NCBI GenBank assembly: GCA_038087875.1
Contig: CM075990.1
Span: 9,798,001-9,862,000, forward strand
Source: Malacoraja senta
Taxonomy: Eukaryota
Length of the DNA: 64,000 bases
Direction: 5' to 3'
The position numbers and the translations under genes are program-made. The notes beneath the pieces are model-generated. The model searched no databases and was not told where the DNA came from. It worked only from the letters and a program-made list of their open reading frames with translations. This document shows, one piece after another, positions 1 through 14,499 of the stretch (positions are counted from its first letter, which is position 1; each line of letters begins with the position of its first letter).

Positions 1-1661
1 TTTGACCCAAAGTTCATGCTCTATACATAAGCCTCCACCTGACACTCTTCACTGTGTCCTTTCTATAGACCTTCTATTTTTTTTCTTCTTAATCATTTTG
101 CCAAGAATGCAACTGTGTTATTTGCCAGAACCATTCTCTGTGGTCATGGATTCCACATTTTTCCCACATATTTGGGTGATACAGACAAGAACAGATTAAA
201 TCAGCAGACCACAGCTGGGTAACGTCATGGCATTCACTGTCTGAACTCCTCCTTGAATAATGGGCCCTTTAAGTGATGAGCTATATACCACCAAGGAGTC
301 AAGTACTACTTTATTTAAACAATTATATTTAAAGCTTAAGGACTCCTGCCAAATTGTTATTTTGCCTTTGGAAGTGAATGTCTCAAATGAATATTATGTA
401 AGAAGAATTTTGAAATGGATCAAAGGAACATTTTCGCTCTGTGGTTTGATTGTGATTTGACCTTGCATCAAGACACAAAAACTTCCTGTAGCTTTGATCA
501 CAGAATAGTCAGAATCATGACAGAAGCTCTTTCAAACCAGACACAGAATGTGGTTTGTGACTGTGCCAAATGGAAGCTAAACTCAGCCAGCATATCGGGT
601 GAGAAGCTGAGTCATCAGAATAGAATCAACATTTAATTGCTAATGATGTACTTAAAAGAGTTGAATTTTTCATCCTAGCGTTGTCAGGTAATACCAATAA
701 AAAACAAAAATGTGATTTAGTGTCAGGAATGACTTTGATACAGTTGTTGAAGTTATATATTCCAACTCTGAGTTTTGGCTAAGTACAAATTAATTCAAAA
801 CGGGTTAGAACTAGAGAAGCATTATAAACTTCAGCTCCCAACTTGACAGTGCCAATGCAGTCAGAGCAATTTAAACAAATTCTCCTAAAATTACAGTTTG
901 TAACACAAATTTAAATAGATTAACATCTTGTAAAAGTGGGGAGGGAGATTGCAACCTACATGTGGTCCACCCTGTTTCGACTAATGCAATCAACCCGACG
1001 TGCACAAAGAAATAGATCAAATAGAACAAGTTGCCCCACAACTTTAGGCTGTGCACGCCTTCGCAAGAAGATCTTGTAAAAGTGCAGACGCAGACTATAA
1101 GAGGAAACACAAACTTTGCACATTATTATTCAAAATCTTTTATAAGCTATAACTAAGTTTATCACAGTTGTAGAAATATATGTGTATATAGTTTAAATAT
1201 ATTTTTATTAATAAATCAGTCCCAAATAAATCATTGTTAAGCCTCCTAGGTTTCAGTTACTCAAGCACTTTGTGTCGTTTTCTGTAAACCAGTATCAGCA
1301 GTTCCTTGTTTCCACACTGAGAAGCACAGGTACAAAATGTACTCTAGTTGGGAGAGATTTCCAAGCTCATCTCCAATTGTAACCCAGTAACAGCACCGAT
1401 TACAAGCTGAAAGCCGGGGATGCCACATTTTACTTAAAGCTCAGCAGAAGATGAGGAGTGTATGGTCGAAAAACCTGAAAACTAGAAATCAGAATAAAAA
1501 CTTGAAAAGGATGAAAATACTCAACTGAAATTCTGTAAATGAAATGACAGGAGTAGGCAGAAACAGTGGGTCTGCCAGGGCAGTTCTGTTTATGGTTTTT
1601 GAAAAGGTATTTCAGTGGGACAGGGAAGGGTCTCGACCCGAAACATCATCCATTAGGTTGT

Positions 1662-2103
1662 GTGATAGGAGCAGAATTAGGCCAATCAGCCCATCAAGTC
1701 TACTCCGCCATTCAATCATGGCTGATCTATCTCTTCCTCCTAACCCCATTCTCCTGCCTTCATCCCATAGCCCTTGACACCCGTAATCAATAATCTATCT
1801 ATCTCTGCCTTAAAAATATCCATTGACTTGGCCTCCACAACCTTCTGTGGCAAAGAATTCCACAAATTCACCACCCTCTGACTAAAGAAATTCAGTTCAA
1901 TTTAGTTTATTGCCACGTGAAACGCTTTTTATTGCGTGCTAACCAGTCAGTGGAAAGACAATACATCAGTCCATTTACAGTGCACAGAGAAGGGAATCCT
2001 CCTCTTCTCTTTCCTAAAGCAACGTCCTTTAATTTTGAGGCTGTGACCTCTGGTCCTAGACTCTCCCACTAGTGGAAACATCCTCTCCACGTCCACTCTT
2101 ATC
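1662..2103 (-). mobile_element. CR1 (HER1-type) LINE 3' fragment, interrupted by a short Rex1-type 3'-end fragment (~1893-1990)
   Basis: Peptide remnant RMFPLVGESRTRGHSLKIKG. The 3' UTR resembles that at 14400-14700. Confidence 0.8.
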
Positions 2104-2175
2104 ACTATTCGCCCATTCCTTCTCTCCAGAGATGCCGCTGATTTATTCCAGCACGTTGTGTCTGTGCCTCCATCG

Positions 2176-2203
2176 TTGTTGATGTTGTTGTTGTTGTTGT
2201 TGC
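2176..2203. repeat. (TTG)n microsatellite
   Basis: ttgttgatgttgttgttgttgttgttg. Confidence 0.9.
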
Positions 2204-2204
2204 T

Positions 2205-2570
2205 GTGAGGTGACCGCCGCCTCTCTCTCCCTCCCTCACGACCGCCCGCGCAGTCCGTCCCAAAGATCTGTCCGCTCGCGAGAGGCGGGCGCCGCGCTGC
2301 GGGCCAACGGCCGCCACGTCTCGCGATGCTTACCCCCGCCGGTCCTGGCCATCGCATTCGCACCGTCGCTGCGGGCGGACGAGCCGGCGGAGCGCGTCCA
2401 TCTTATCAGGTGAATACCTCAACGATCCGCTCGGTGACGGCGTGGTTCAGTATTGAGTAGCGTCAGGTGTCCGGAGCGCGGGGGGGGGGGGGGGGGACAG
2501 GGACGGACTGTCAAAGGCTGCGATCTGTGGCGACGGCAGGTATTGACCCTTGACCTGGCCGGAGGAGGCA
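2205..2570 (+). promoter_or_regulatory. CpG island; putative USP54 promoter and non-coding first exon (candidate donor CAG|GTGAAT, GT at 2410)
   Basis: Dense CpG/GC-rich non-repeat stretch in an AT-rich window, upstream of and on the same strand as the USP54 coding exons. Followed by a pyrimidine-rich stretch. The link to USP54 is inferred. Confidence 0.6.
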
Positions 2571-2589
2571 GTGACCAAGTGGGCAGCAA

Positions 2590-3470
2590 CACCTCCCACC
2601 CTCAGCTACTCCTCCCTCAGCACCCTCCATCCGCCCCCCATCTTGCACCCACCCTACCCGTACAAACTCTGCTATCCCACCCTCTCAATTCCCCTCGTAT
2701 CCCATCAAATTCCCCCAAACCTTATTCCCCAAATCTCGCCATCTCCCTAACTCAGCCATCCTTCCCAACTGCTTCCCACCTTTCCCATTCCCCTTCCCAC
2801 TTACTGCCCAATGTTTCTCCCTCCACCTCTCATTCCCTTGTACCAGTTTCCCCCTTCTCCTCCTCTGTTCTTTCCATGCCATCCACCCACTGCCCCAGCC
2901 GCATCTGTTCCTCACTTGGTCAGTATCCAACCTTTCTCTCCCCCCCCCCCCCATCTTCACTCCATTCCACTCCCCTCTCCATGCCCCCACTTCTTTACCC
3001 ACGAACTGTATAGGTCCTCTGCTGCACTTGCAACCCCAACCCATTCCTCCCCAGCCCCTGCTGGCTCTTTGACCCCTTCCGCACCCCGCCCTCGTCTGCC
3101 GAACCGACCCCTTCGTCCCCCTCCCTCTTGCCCGACCAACCCATTCAACATCCCCGCCCGTCCAACTGATCCTTTCATCTGTCCCCCGATTGACTGACCC
3201 ATTTCTTCCCCGCTGTTCCCTGACCCCTTTCTTCCCCGCCTGCCCTCTGAACTCTCCCCCCTCCTCGCTGGCCCCCTGACCCCTTCCTGCCCAAGCCTGC
3301 CTCGATCATTTTCTCTCCCACCCCCTGGACCCCGACCGCTTCCTCCTCTCACACGTCACCTGCATCCCATGCCCGCTTGACCCCTCCCAACCACGCATAC
3401 CTGGCTCCCCTGACTGCTCGACCCTCCCTGCCATCCTCTGCCCAGCTTGATCCCACGCCCCCATCCTTAA
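2590..3470. repeat. C/T-rich low-complexity tract
   Basis: Strong C-skew. The Pro/Ser- and Gly-rich ORFs here are compositional artefacts. Confidence 0.8.
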
Positions 3471-4420
3471 ACAGGTATATTGATAGAACAGATTTAAAGG
3501 TATATGGGTAAAATGCAGCATATGGGATAGTGTGGATGGGTATCAGACAGCATGGACAAATTGAGTCGAACTGCCTGTTTCTACTCCATCCAGCCCATTC
3601 CTCCCCAAGCTCCACCTCTTCATATTCGTATTGTGTGATTCGCAGAAAGTATTACATTGTTTTGACAGTTTTTCTTCTTTAGTACTTGAATGTTCATGTT
3701 TAATTTGGTCCATACTAAAGGAAGACACAAACAAAAGTAATAAGCTGATCATGAAGTTATGAGGAGGGGAGGATGCACAAACAAATGATATTTAAAAAGG
3801 GACTAACTTTTTATTGTTGTACAAATGATTGGAGACCTGCTGCTAATGTTTAAGTGGTTTTCTAGGCTTCTCTGAGACAATCTTAATGCTTTAATTTATG
3901 GTGCTGACCTTCAACAGTACAGCATTTCCAAGCTGCATCTCCCCAGATGAAGATTTTAATTGTATATATTGGGCTGAATGTGACATGAGGCTTTCACCAA
4001 ATATCAAAAGTGGTGTTGAAGAGTTCGCAGAGAGTATTGGCTTTATTTTTTACTGTTTGAAATTGAATGCCATATCGTTTGCAATTAATGTAATCTCTTG
4101 GATACCAGTGGTAATCTAGACTTTTTTTTAACCCTGTTGACCTGCCTTTAATTTTCTCTCTGATTCCAAAATTTCAGTCCCTTAAATCCTAACCACAATT
4201 AATTTGTGTTTGGAATTATTTTGAGTGCTTCCTCCTTTGCCTCTCTTCTCTCATTCCAAACTCTTGTATTTCATTCTTTCTATTCTGCTCATGTACTTTT
4301 CTGCTGTAGCCCTGAACGTAACCACCTTTAAATGGAAACCAATTCAGTACCCAACCCCCTACCTTACTGTAAAATACTTAAGTTCTCCTTTGATTCACTC
4401 ACACAAGCAATCAGTTCTGG

Positions 4421-4575
4421 GACAGGCAGCATCTCTGGAGAGAAGGAATGGGTGACGTTTCGGGTCGAGACCCTTATTTAGACCCATTCCTTCTCTCCAG
4501 AGATGCTGCCTGTCCTGCTGAGTTACTCCAGCATTTTGTGTCTATCTTTGATTTAAACCAGCATCTGCAGTTCTT
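4421..4575. mobile_element. Short Penelope-derived fold-back element with hammerhead remnant
   Basis: gacaggcagcatctctggagagaaggaatgggt is inverted as acccattccttctctccagagatgctgcctgtc. The same sequence recurs many times in the window. Confidence 0.75.
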
Positions 4576-4934
4576 TACTACACATCAGTTCCTACCTATG
4601 CCTTGCCTTACATCGTTTGGGATATACGAAGCAAGTTTGGTTCAAGACTGGCTCAAATACTAGACTGACTGGAGTATTTAATTGTACTCTTTTCCATCAT
4701 TTCATCTTCACATGGTCTATCTCTGACTCTTCCATTCTTAAACCTTCATCTCAATTTCTGGGGAGAGGTTATTACTAATTATTGTTAGTCAATTGACTCC
4801 ACAGCTTGACTGTTTTGATGACTCTACTCCATAAGTTGTTTTCCTATCTTTTTCACGTTTGTTTTTGGAATTCACTCTTCCACCAGACCTTCCAAAATGC
4901 ATTTCTTGTCTTCATCGAAGGACTCCACCCCATT

Positions 4935-5520
4935 GCGCTTGATGAGGTTTCCAAAAATCTATGAAATGTCTGTTCCATTTCACGTATTTGACTGATGAAG
5001 ATAAGGCAATGAATGTTGTATACATGGATTTTAGTATGGCTTTTGATAAAGTCCCTCATGGTAGGCTGATCCAGATGATTAAGATGCACGGGATTCATGT
5101 TGACTTAGTCATATAGATTCAGAACTGGCATATTCATAAAAGTCAGAGGGTTGTGGTGATAGAAAATATCGTACCTCTATTTAAGAAGGGCTGCAAGGAA
5201 AAGCCTGGGAACTATAGGCCAGTGAGCATAACATCTGTGGTCGGAAAGTTACTGGATAATATTCTGAGGGATAAATATATATGTGTTTAGATAGACAAGG
5301 GCTGATTAAGGATTGTGAGCACGGTTTTGTACGTGGGAGATCGTGTCTCTCAAATCTGATGGAGTCTTTTTAAGATGACCAAAAGGGCCGATGAGGGTGC
5401 GTACATGGACAGGATAGGTTTGGAAGGATATGGGCCAAATGCAGGCAGGTGTGACTAGTGTAGATGGTTGGTCGGCATGGCAAGTTGTGTTGAAGGGCCT
5501 GTTTCCAAACTGCATGACTC
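4935..5520 (+). mobile_element. Decayed, rearranged CR1 RT fragments and 3' tail
   Basis: Remnants of YMDFS.AFDKVPHGRL and PGNYRPVS motifs. Confidence 0.7.
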
Positions 5521-5864
5521 GATAACTAATTACTTTGCATGAACCGTGTTTTGTATATTGCCAGCAAGAAATCTGCTATCCCTGAGGATGTGAGCAGGTG
5601 GTAATCTGGTTTTAAAGTCAAACCTGAAAACAAAACAGCAAGGTTGTAAACTTGCACCATGACACCAACAGGCAGAGTATGTATAATTAAAAATTGATGC
5701 ATTTTGGCTCTTTGGTGAGCTGATATAATTTACCAGAAAATAATGAAATTTTATAAAGGGGTGCCGTCAATGGCTACTTCATCAACTTAAACATTTCAAA
5801 CAGTTTTAAATATGTTTTTGGAATGTGGACACTATTACATATAACTAATATGTGATATGTGAAG

Positions 5865-7313
5865 GTACACAAAAATGCTGGAGAAACTCAGCGGGTGCAG
5901 CAGCATCTATGGAGCGAAGGAAATAGGCAACGTTTCGGGCCGAAACCCTTCTTCAGACTGATAGGGGGTGGGGAGAAGAAAGGAAAAGAGGAAAAAGGCG
6001 GAGGAGGAGCCTGAGGGCTGGGGGAGGGGAGGAGACAACCAGAGGGCTGATGAAGGGGAGGGGACAGCAAGGGCTAGCAGAATTGGGAGAATTCAATGTT
6101 CAAGCCCCCAGGATGTAGACTGCCCAAGCGGAATATGAGGTGCATTTCCTCCAATTTACGGTGTTGCTCGCTGTGGCCATGGAGGAGACCCAGGACAGAG
6201 AGGTCAGATATGGAATGGGAGGGGGAGTTGAAGTGCTGAGCCACCGGGAGGTCAAGTTAGTTATTGCGGACCGACCGGAGGTCTTCGGCGAAACGATCGC
6301 CAAGCCTCCGCTTGGTCTCACCGATGTAGATCAGCTGGCATCTAGAGCAGCGGATGCAATAGATGAGATTGGAGGAGATGCAGGTGAACCTCTGTCGCAC
6401 CTGGAATGACTGCTTGGGTCCTTGAATGGAGTCGAGGGGGGAGGTGAAGGGACAAGTGTTGCATCTCTTGCGGTTGCAAGGGAAAGTACCAGGGGAGGGG
6501 GTGGTATGGGAGGGAAGGGAAGAATTGACAAGGGAGTTACGGAGGGAGCGGTCTTTGCGGAAGGCAGACATGGGGGGAGATGGGAAGATGTGGCGAGTGG
6601 TGGGGTCACGTTGGAGGTGGCGAAACTGACGGAGGATCACTTGTTGTATGTGACGGCTGGTGGGGTGAAAGGTGAGGACTAGGGGGACTCTGTCCTTGTT
6701 GTGAGTGGGGGGGATGGGGAGAGAGAGCAGTGTTGTGGGGTATGGCAGAGACCCTGGTGCTAGCCTCATCTATGGTGGAGGAGGGGAACCCCCGTTCCCT
6801 GAAGAATGAGGACATTTCAGATGCCCTGGTGTGGAACGCCTCATCCTGGGAGCAGATGCGGCGTAGACGGAGGAATTGGGAGTGGGGGATGGAGTCCTTA
6901 CAGGAAGCAGGGTGGGAAGAAGTGTAGTCCAGATAGCCATGGGAGTCGGTGGGTTTGTAGTGGATGTCGGTAAGGAGTCTATCACCTTCGATGGAGATAG
7001 TGAGGTCAAGGAATGGTAGGGAAGTGTCGGAAATGGTCCAGGTATATTTGAGTGCCGGATGGAAGTTGGTGGTGAAGCGGATGAAGTCAGTCAGTTGTGT
7101 GTGGGTGCAGGATGTGGCACCAAAACAATCATCGATGTAGCGGAGGTAGAGGTCGGGGTTGGGGCCCTGGTACGCATTGAACAAGGATTGTTCTACGTAC
7201 CCGACAAAGAGGCAGGCGTAGCTGGGGCCCATGCCTGTGCCCATAGCTACGCCTTGTATTTGGAGGAAATGGGAGGAGTCAAATGAAAAGTTATTAAGTG
7301 TAAGGACCAGCAC
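5865..7313 (-). mobile_element. 5'-truncated Penelope-like element: RT plus GIY-YIG endonuclease, with hammerhead-containing terminal repeat
   Basis: RT motifs GVAMG...YLRYIDDCF (7313-~6740). After a frameshift comes LIYCIRCSRCQLIYIGETKRRLGDRFAE (GIY-YIG), then an in-frame stop at 6257. A 15-bp TSD atgtgatatgtgaag lies at 5850-5864 and 7314-7328. Confidence 0.92.
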
Positions 7314-10300
7314 ATGTGATATGTGAAGATGGCAGTGAATGTAACTGTAAATGTTAATTGAGCAAAATTGAAAGGCTCAAGACAGCCATATTAGGTTGGC
7401 AATAAACATGAAGTTGACCAGAGAGTATTAGAAACAAGGAACTGCAGATGTTGGTTTATAAAAAAAAAGACACAAAGACAAAAATACCTGAAAAGTCACC
7501 TATTCATGTTCTCCAGAGATGCTATCTGACCTGCTGAGTTACTCCAGCACTTTGTGTCCCAAGAGTTTATGCTCTCTGCCTTAAACTTACAAAGCGTTAC
7601 ATCAAAGAGTTGACTGTAACGAGTTGTTCTGCTGTAATAGTTTTCTGGTTCAACTGGTTTGAAATCAGTTTCAATGTAAATATTATTTATTTGAGTATCT
7701 TAATTCCTGCATTTGAACCACACCTCCCATTAAAGAAAATTTTGTTTGTCTGGAAAGTACTGAATTTCCTGAAATATGACATGAAATGGAGTTATTGAAA
7801 TTCAAATAATTTTTATTCATTAGTGAAACTGCATTTAACTTAAACCTGGACAATTTCTATGGTATTATTTGATGCATTGGTGCTTATCAATGTAAACAAA
7901 AGCATGTTGCCATTTGTCAGTCATTGTCCACAAATAATCCATCTTTGTTCTTCTATGTGATGGAGGTCACAGATTTATGAGAGGCATTTGATGGAATGTT
8001 GGCAAGTTGTTACAATACACTTCTTATTCAAGGTACACATTAGCAATGGTGTAGTGAACATTTAGGATAGAAGGTTTGTTGCCAATCAATGGGATTGCTC
8101 GGACTTGGATGGGTGTGAACGTGTTATTGGTTGAGGGATATGCAAAATACTGCTAATGGGGCAAATGTGCAACATGCACAGAAAATGCAGAAAACAGTAA
8201 GTCAGGCAGGATCTGTTGAGAAGAGCAAAAACATTAATTAGTATTGACAGACGTCAGCACTATCTGTCCATTCTGACTGACTGGTCTATTCAGTATTTCA
8301 AACAATTTTAGTCTGCAGATGAATCTATGCTCAGTGATACAAACAGTGAGTTTCAAAAGTAAACACACCTCATAGAATATTGAATTCAATATAAGCTAGA
8401 GGAAATTTGCAATCTATAAATGCTATTCTGATCAGTCCAGAAACTCTGAAGCTGTGTCTACTTCTGGTTACGAAGAAACAAGACAGACAGAAAATGTAGT
8501 GCAGAGATGAACCAGAAGGCTGATAGGGGAGTATAAACAACAGCTTGTATTTATATGGTACCTTTCGCATTACAAAACATCTCAAGGTACTTCACAGGAA
8601 TGTAATAGAACAAACAAAGACACTGAGCCAAACAAAAAGAAAAGAAAAGTTTTGACAAGGGGTATGAAAGGAAGTGATGCAGAAAGATTAATGGAAAGAA
8701 TTCGAAAACTAAGAGTCCAGACAACTGGGGAAACGATAACTGTGAAGAGGAAAGGGGATGAATAAAAGTCAGAGGAAATCATGTATTTTGTTCTTTAGAA
8801 CTACAGGAAGCCAAAGATAAGAGGGCTGAAATCATGGAGATATTTTAACATGAAGAAGGGTTTTATTTAGAATTCGGGCATTGATTGGCAAGAAAACTAC
8901 TTGTGTGTTCTTGTTTATTGAATTAGATTGAAATTGATATGCTATTCACTTGCCATTCAGGCAAAAACTGAAATAGTTCTGACAAACTGAAAGGGCTTGA
9001 ATTTCACAGGCTGGAAAAGAGAAATTAGCTTAAATTTAAGAAAATGCCGTGGAAATGGTTGATTTGAAGTGAAACATTGAGAATTGGTCCATGCTGTCTG
9101 ATATTAGTTGCTTCATCTTGCCAACACATTTATAGAAATTTTAGAATTTGGCAATTGTAACCTGTCATTTTTGTGTATGTATGGATGTCATACATATCTA
9201 TTGCATACCACATAGAGGATGTAGATAATTGTTTTCTAATTTTCCATGTTCGATTCTGAAAATTTCCCTTCTGATGCATATTTCAAGACAACAGACAGCT
9301 CTGTGAAGAGTGATTGTCGAGTTTTGTATTTGATTGTTAATTGAAAAAGATTAGAGTTCCGTCATGGTGAATTCTCAATAATTTATATAGTGGGTTCCTC
9401 ACTAAAATTGGAGGCAAGTTAACTAAATCAACTCGCTGCCAATTTTCTGTTTACTCTCTCTGCTGGATCTCCTCATTGAGCTTCTCTCCTCTGGTACTTC
9501 AACTCGATAACATTTATTTATGTTGGCATTTGACGGACAATTTGAGTCATGTTGTGTGGCAACTGCGCTAACTGCAGCGTGTTGGTGCAGCCGTAGTGCT
9601 GTTACCACACATCGCCAGTGACTTGGGTCCGATTCTGACCTTGGATCAACTTGGAGTTTGCACCTGTTTCCTGGGAGCTCTGGGTTCCTCTGACAAGTTA
9701 ATGGGGTACAGTAAATTATCTCTAGTTAGCTGAATAGGAGCAACATTTTCACAAGTATCATGCTTATGTCATCTTAATTTGCTCAAGATTGTTCTGTTAC
9801 ATAATATAGAAAACATGTAGAATATTTTACTATAAAGCCAAAATAATTGAAGTGGCAACCAATGAAGAACTATTTCACTATTTTAACATTATTAAATCAA
9901 AACTATTTGAAATACTAGTAAGAATTTAGTTTATGCATGTATCTTCTCAACCAACTATTAGGTACATGAATATATTTTTCCCCATCTAAAGCCTGTGTTA
10001 GCACATGGCATATGGCCAGCTCAATCTTCACAGTCAGTTGTTTATGTTTGTGAAACACAATAAATCAATAATAACTCATGCTGAAAAAGTAGTGCAATTC
10101 TGTTATTGGAGAATGGAATCCAGCATAACTTATTTAAATATTTATAAATAACTTAAAGGTAATTAATTGTAATTTCCTTTAAAAAAATCATGAATATGAA
10201 AGTGAGCGGTAATTTTTTTTGTGCAGTTTCAGGATATAATTTATTTAAAAGAAATTCTGCTTCGAACATTGATTTAGTTTGCATGATGACTAATCACAGA

Positions 10301-13300
10301 ACCATTTCATGTGCCTTTTATTATGCATAGTCCATAAAAAATATATTTAAAACACCAAATGTTAAGGTTTATCCAGCTAAATTTAAATGTATGTTCACGT
10401 GCTGCTAAAAGTATTATTTGAAATGTTTTTATTGTTAGCCGCTTGGTAGATAATGCTTCAAATTTGAGATTGACTTGGCCAGTGCCCTTTTATATAGTGG
10501 TAGGGTCCAGTAAGAACTATTGAACAGTAACCATGCGATAGTCTGTGAACTAAAGGGTGTGTAGAGTCTGAAAAGAGTGTGTGGCTCTCTTTAACTTCTC
10601 TACACAACCATGGCCGTTAATCCACCATCATTAATGGCTGAAAGCCACTCACTTCTATTTTTGGTCAAATATGATATGAAGTTTAAAAAGTGGAGTTGTA
10701 TCTTCCTTGACTTTTAGAACAGTCTGAGTGACATGTTTATGGCTTAAATGATGAATAGGGAAAGCAGCCCTGCTGCTTTGCTGGCATGAGTTATGGCCAA
10801 AAGTCATTCCTGCAGAATCCAAGCAAAGGATTTAATATGGCATGAATGGGAATGTTTAATTTTCTTTATGCATGCTTGATTATTTGATCCCGTTTAAAAT
10901 TGGTGAGATTTTGTCTCGAGTTGAATCAACCAGGCTTTTGGACAAAATTCAATGTGAATGCAGAGGAATGTTTGTAGGTTTCCCAGATAGAGTTTACTGA
11001 AGAACTGACCTTATTTTTCATATATCCAAAGCAGGAAAGTTACCATTTCAGGTTAATTATGTATCTCACCTTATAGATGTTGTAAGCATCTTCAGCATTT
11101 TCTTCTTTTATTTCAGAAATCCAGTATTTGCAATGTTTTTCTTTTTGCTTTCAGACTTCATGAACCTGACCTGATACACTTGTATTTTCCTATTTGACCC
11201 AAAAGCTGAGCTTTAAATGCCCTCCATTTATATTTAATACCATGTGTTTCACACTGTGATCACTTTCACATTTGGCCACTCCTAAGCTCATAATTAGCCT
11301 CCAATTCCTTACAGTGTCCTTAATATATATTTGTGAAATTTTGAGGGGAAATGGTTGAAGATGGAATGAAAGCTATGGAGAGTTTTCGTGCTTTAGAGCT
11401 GGGAGATATTCAAATTCTGCGGGGAGTATCACTTAGCATGGAAGCCAGGAAAATAAATTGGCGATCAGTAATTTGGTGGAAATGTGCTTCGGAGACCAAA
11501 TGTTAGCTCTAATGTGTTGAACTGGTAGTGAATACGGGAGCAAAAATGGAAATAACAGTTCATGGCTAGAACACCTTTTGTGTAAAAATGAATCTTAAGA
11601 ATTTCAGAAGCATTTGAAACAATGTTATCTGGTTGGTGAGGAAGAAATTCAACAACTTACTCCATTGTTATCGGTAAGTGGAGAAATATATAAAATAAAT
11701 GTAATACATTTAAGAGTAGGAGACATGTATCCACCTCTGCAAATAGTCTGAAGAAGGGTCCTGACCAAAATGTCACCTATCCATGTTCTCCAGGGATGCT
11801 GCCTCGCCTGCTTAGTTACTCCAGCATTTTGTGTTTTTCCTTGGTAAACGGACATCTGCAGCTCCTTGGTTCTCCAAGTAGAATATAGTATAGAAAAGCA
11901 ATCTCAAGATGTTTTGACTTTCTAGCATGATTTTGGAGTAGTTGGTAGAGCAGTGGGGGGAGTGGCCAAGCAGAAACAAGTTCCAGGAGAATTGAGGCAG
12001 ATCTGGGGATGGAAGTCAAAGTTCTAGAAATGCCACAAAGTAAAATACAGAATGCAGTGGAAGTAAAACATCAAGGAGTAAGAGGAGAGATGTAGAAACA
12101 ATGAACTGCGGATGCTGGTTTATAAAAAAGGACACAAACTACTGGAGTAATTCAGCAGGTCAGGCTGCATCTCTGGAGAACATGGATAGATGACCTAGTC
12201 TGAAGAAAGGTCCCAACCAAAACATCAACTATCCAAAGAGTAAGAGAAGGCTGCTGTGACTGAGTCTTTCAAAGATCTACTCTTGCAGTTAAGTTCCACA
12301 GGAATTTCACACTGGAATTAATACATTTCTGCATCTTGCGGCTAAATGGCCAACTACAATCAACCACAGAATTATGGTCACATCTCTACATTTTCTCGTC
12401 TGAAATTCTGTGCTCTGCTTTGTAAGTCCTATTACAAATCTTGAATATTAGTGAAGTTGTCTACTTAAGTTTAGAAAGATATATTTTTATTAAACTACCT
12501 GTTTCAAACTTAAACCTGTTTGCAGAACTTACGTAGAACTGACTGAAGTACATGGTCATGCAAAGATTTTGAGATAATGTATTTTGGGAGTTTTACTTGT
12601 TTGTTGTCTTACAAGCAGGAAAAACAAATTGCAATCTTAAAACAAAGTGATGCTCGGTCAACAGTTTGAGGACCATTGCACCGAGATCTCATGTTTAAAA
12701 AGCAAGTGAAAATGATAGGTACACGAGAAACCACGTTGGCAGCAGTTTTTGAGAATAACTGGAGTGCAAACAGAACTAATTTAGCATGGAGACTGATGCA
12801 CAGTTTGATGAAATCATTAAGTGCAAAAGACATGCTGAGATGTGCAGCCGGTTTAGATAAATGGTGTTTCGATAAGTACCTTCCATAGTAGAAGAAGGTT
12901 CCCTTCAGTGAATGTTCTGTGCAATATCCCCAGAGGTGATTCAAAGGTAGTATGCGTTTATTGTAGCAAAGTTGTAATGCTCTAAATTCTGCGTATGTTG
13001 GTTATTTTTCAAGAAGTGATCATTCTTGGTGAGTAATGTAATGATTTGATTAAATATATAGGGCTGAAAAGACTGGACTAGATTTTATAGTAAATGCAAC
13101 CCATGCAACAACAAAGGAAATTGAAATGAAAAATATTCTGATGAAAATAAATGCCTCTGTGTATTATTTCTTGTGTTGACTTGGTAATGTTCTATGTTGG
13201 TGTTTTCCATGTAGTATGTGGTGGACATACTGGTCTTGCGATCGTTTCTAATGTTTTCTTTGCTGTTTGGTGGAATTATTTGGTTTCAAATAATTGTCTT

Positions 13301-14499
13301 AGTTCCTCTCTTTGGAAAGAATATTGGAAGTGGTATGCACCACAAATTGATGCCTGGGTCAGCTTCTCTTATCAAAATTGTACTTAGGTATTTATGAATA
13401 ATACAATGAAGATTTATTAAGGCAAATTGTAAAAACTTTGACATGAAATGGGTAGGGTTTAATTTAACATGGAGTAGTGTGAGATAATGCATTTTTTGAG
13501 CAGACAAGGAATACAAAAGTGAAGTGGAAATATTGCGACCTCATTCACCGAGTACTGTGTTAAAAATGTAGCCATCTTTTTGTGTATTTTGTAAATTAAA
13601 GACTAAATGTAGACGGAGCAACAAGTTCGTGATAATATTTTACAAGCCGATACCTAGATCAGAGAGTTCTGTTCACTTTTGGGAGTCCTGCTATGGAGGG
13701 GGCATTAAAGTGGAATTGATGAGGATGCCATCAAGGGTGATAAACTATGCTATTGCAAGATACTGAATACTGCAATTATTTCTAGTTATAAAAGGATTTG
13801 ATAGTTTTAAAATGATAACTTTTGATGGGGCGAGTTGGAAAAAACTACTCAGCGAGTTAGCGATGAAGAGTTAGCAATTTAAATTGCCGTTGAAGGAGAA
13901 AATATTTTTCATTGGTACCACACGGAGGAGGAAATTGGTGTTTTGAAGAGGAAGTTTATATATTGCTTTATGCAAGAGCAATTCCGCAAAAAATAAATTG
14001 GGATTATTGTTGCAGCATTAAAATCTGCAACAAATGATTTATTGGCATTTAGCTAATGCAGTAATATAACCTTCAGGAATAATTTTCATTGAAAGACAAA
14101 TGAAAACAGTACAAGGTTGCATTGATTCTGAACAAACGTTCACTTCTGTAAATGTAATTTGCTGTGGATTAGCATGTGAAGGAACCAAAGTAAAAAGATA
14201 ATCTGGAATAATTTGAAACATATTTCTGTAAATTAATGAGAATTATGATTTGGTGCAAATTTGCTGCTGCAAGATTATGAATGTCAATTGGTCGGAAGAT
14301 GGCATTCTTTGTAATTATGAAAGATAGCATCTATATGTAATCAGTTGGGTAAATTTGACCTGAGTTTTCCAATTTTACATAGAAACATAGAAACATAGAA
14401 AATAGGTGCAGGAGTAGGCCATTCGGCCCTTCGAGCCTGCACCGCCATTCAATATGATCATGGCTGATCATCCAACTCAGTATCCTGTACCTGCTTTCT

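Noticed and set aside
2453..3521. Several 100-190 aa Pro/Ser- or Gly/Arg-rich ORFs
   Set aside because: Products of C-rich low-complexity DNA, with no domain signal.
12609..12950. 111-aa ORF or possible extra 5' UTR exon
   Set aside because: No recognisable protein, and the splice signals are too weak to call without transcripts.
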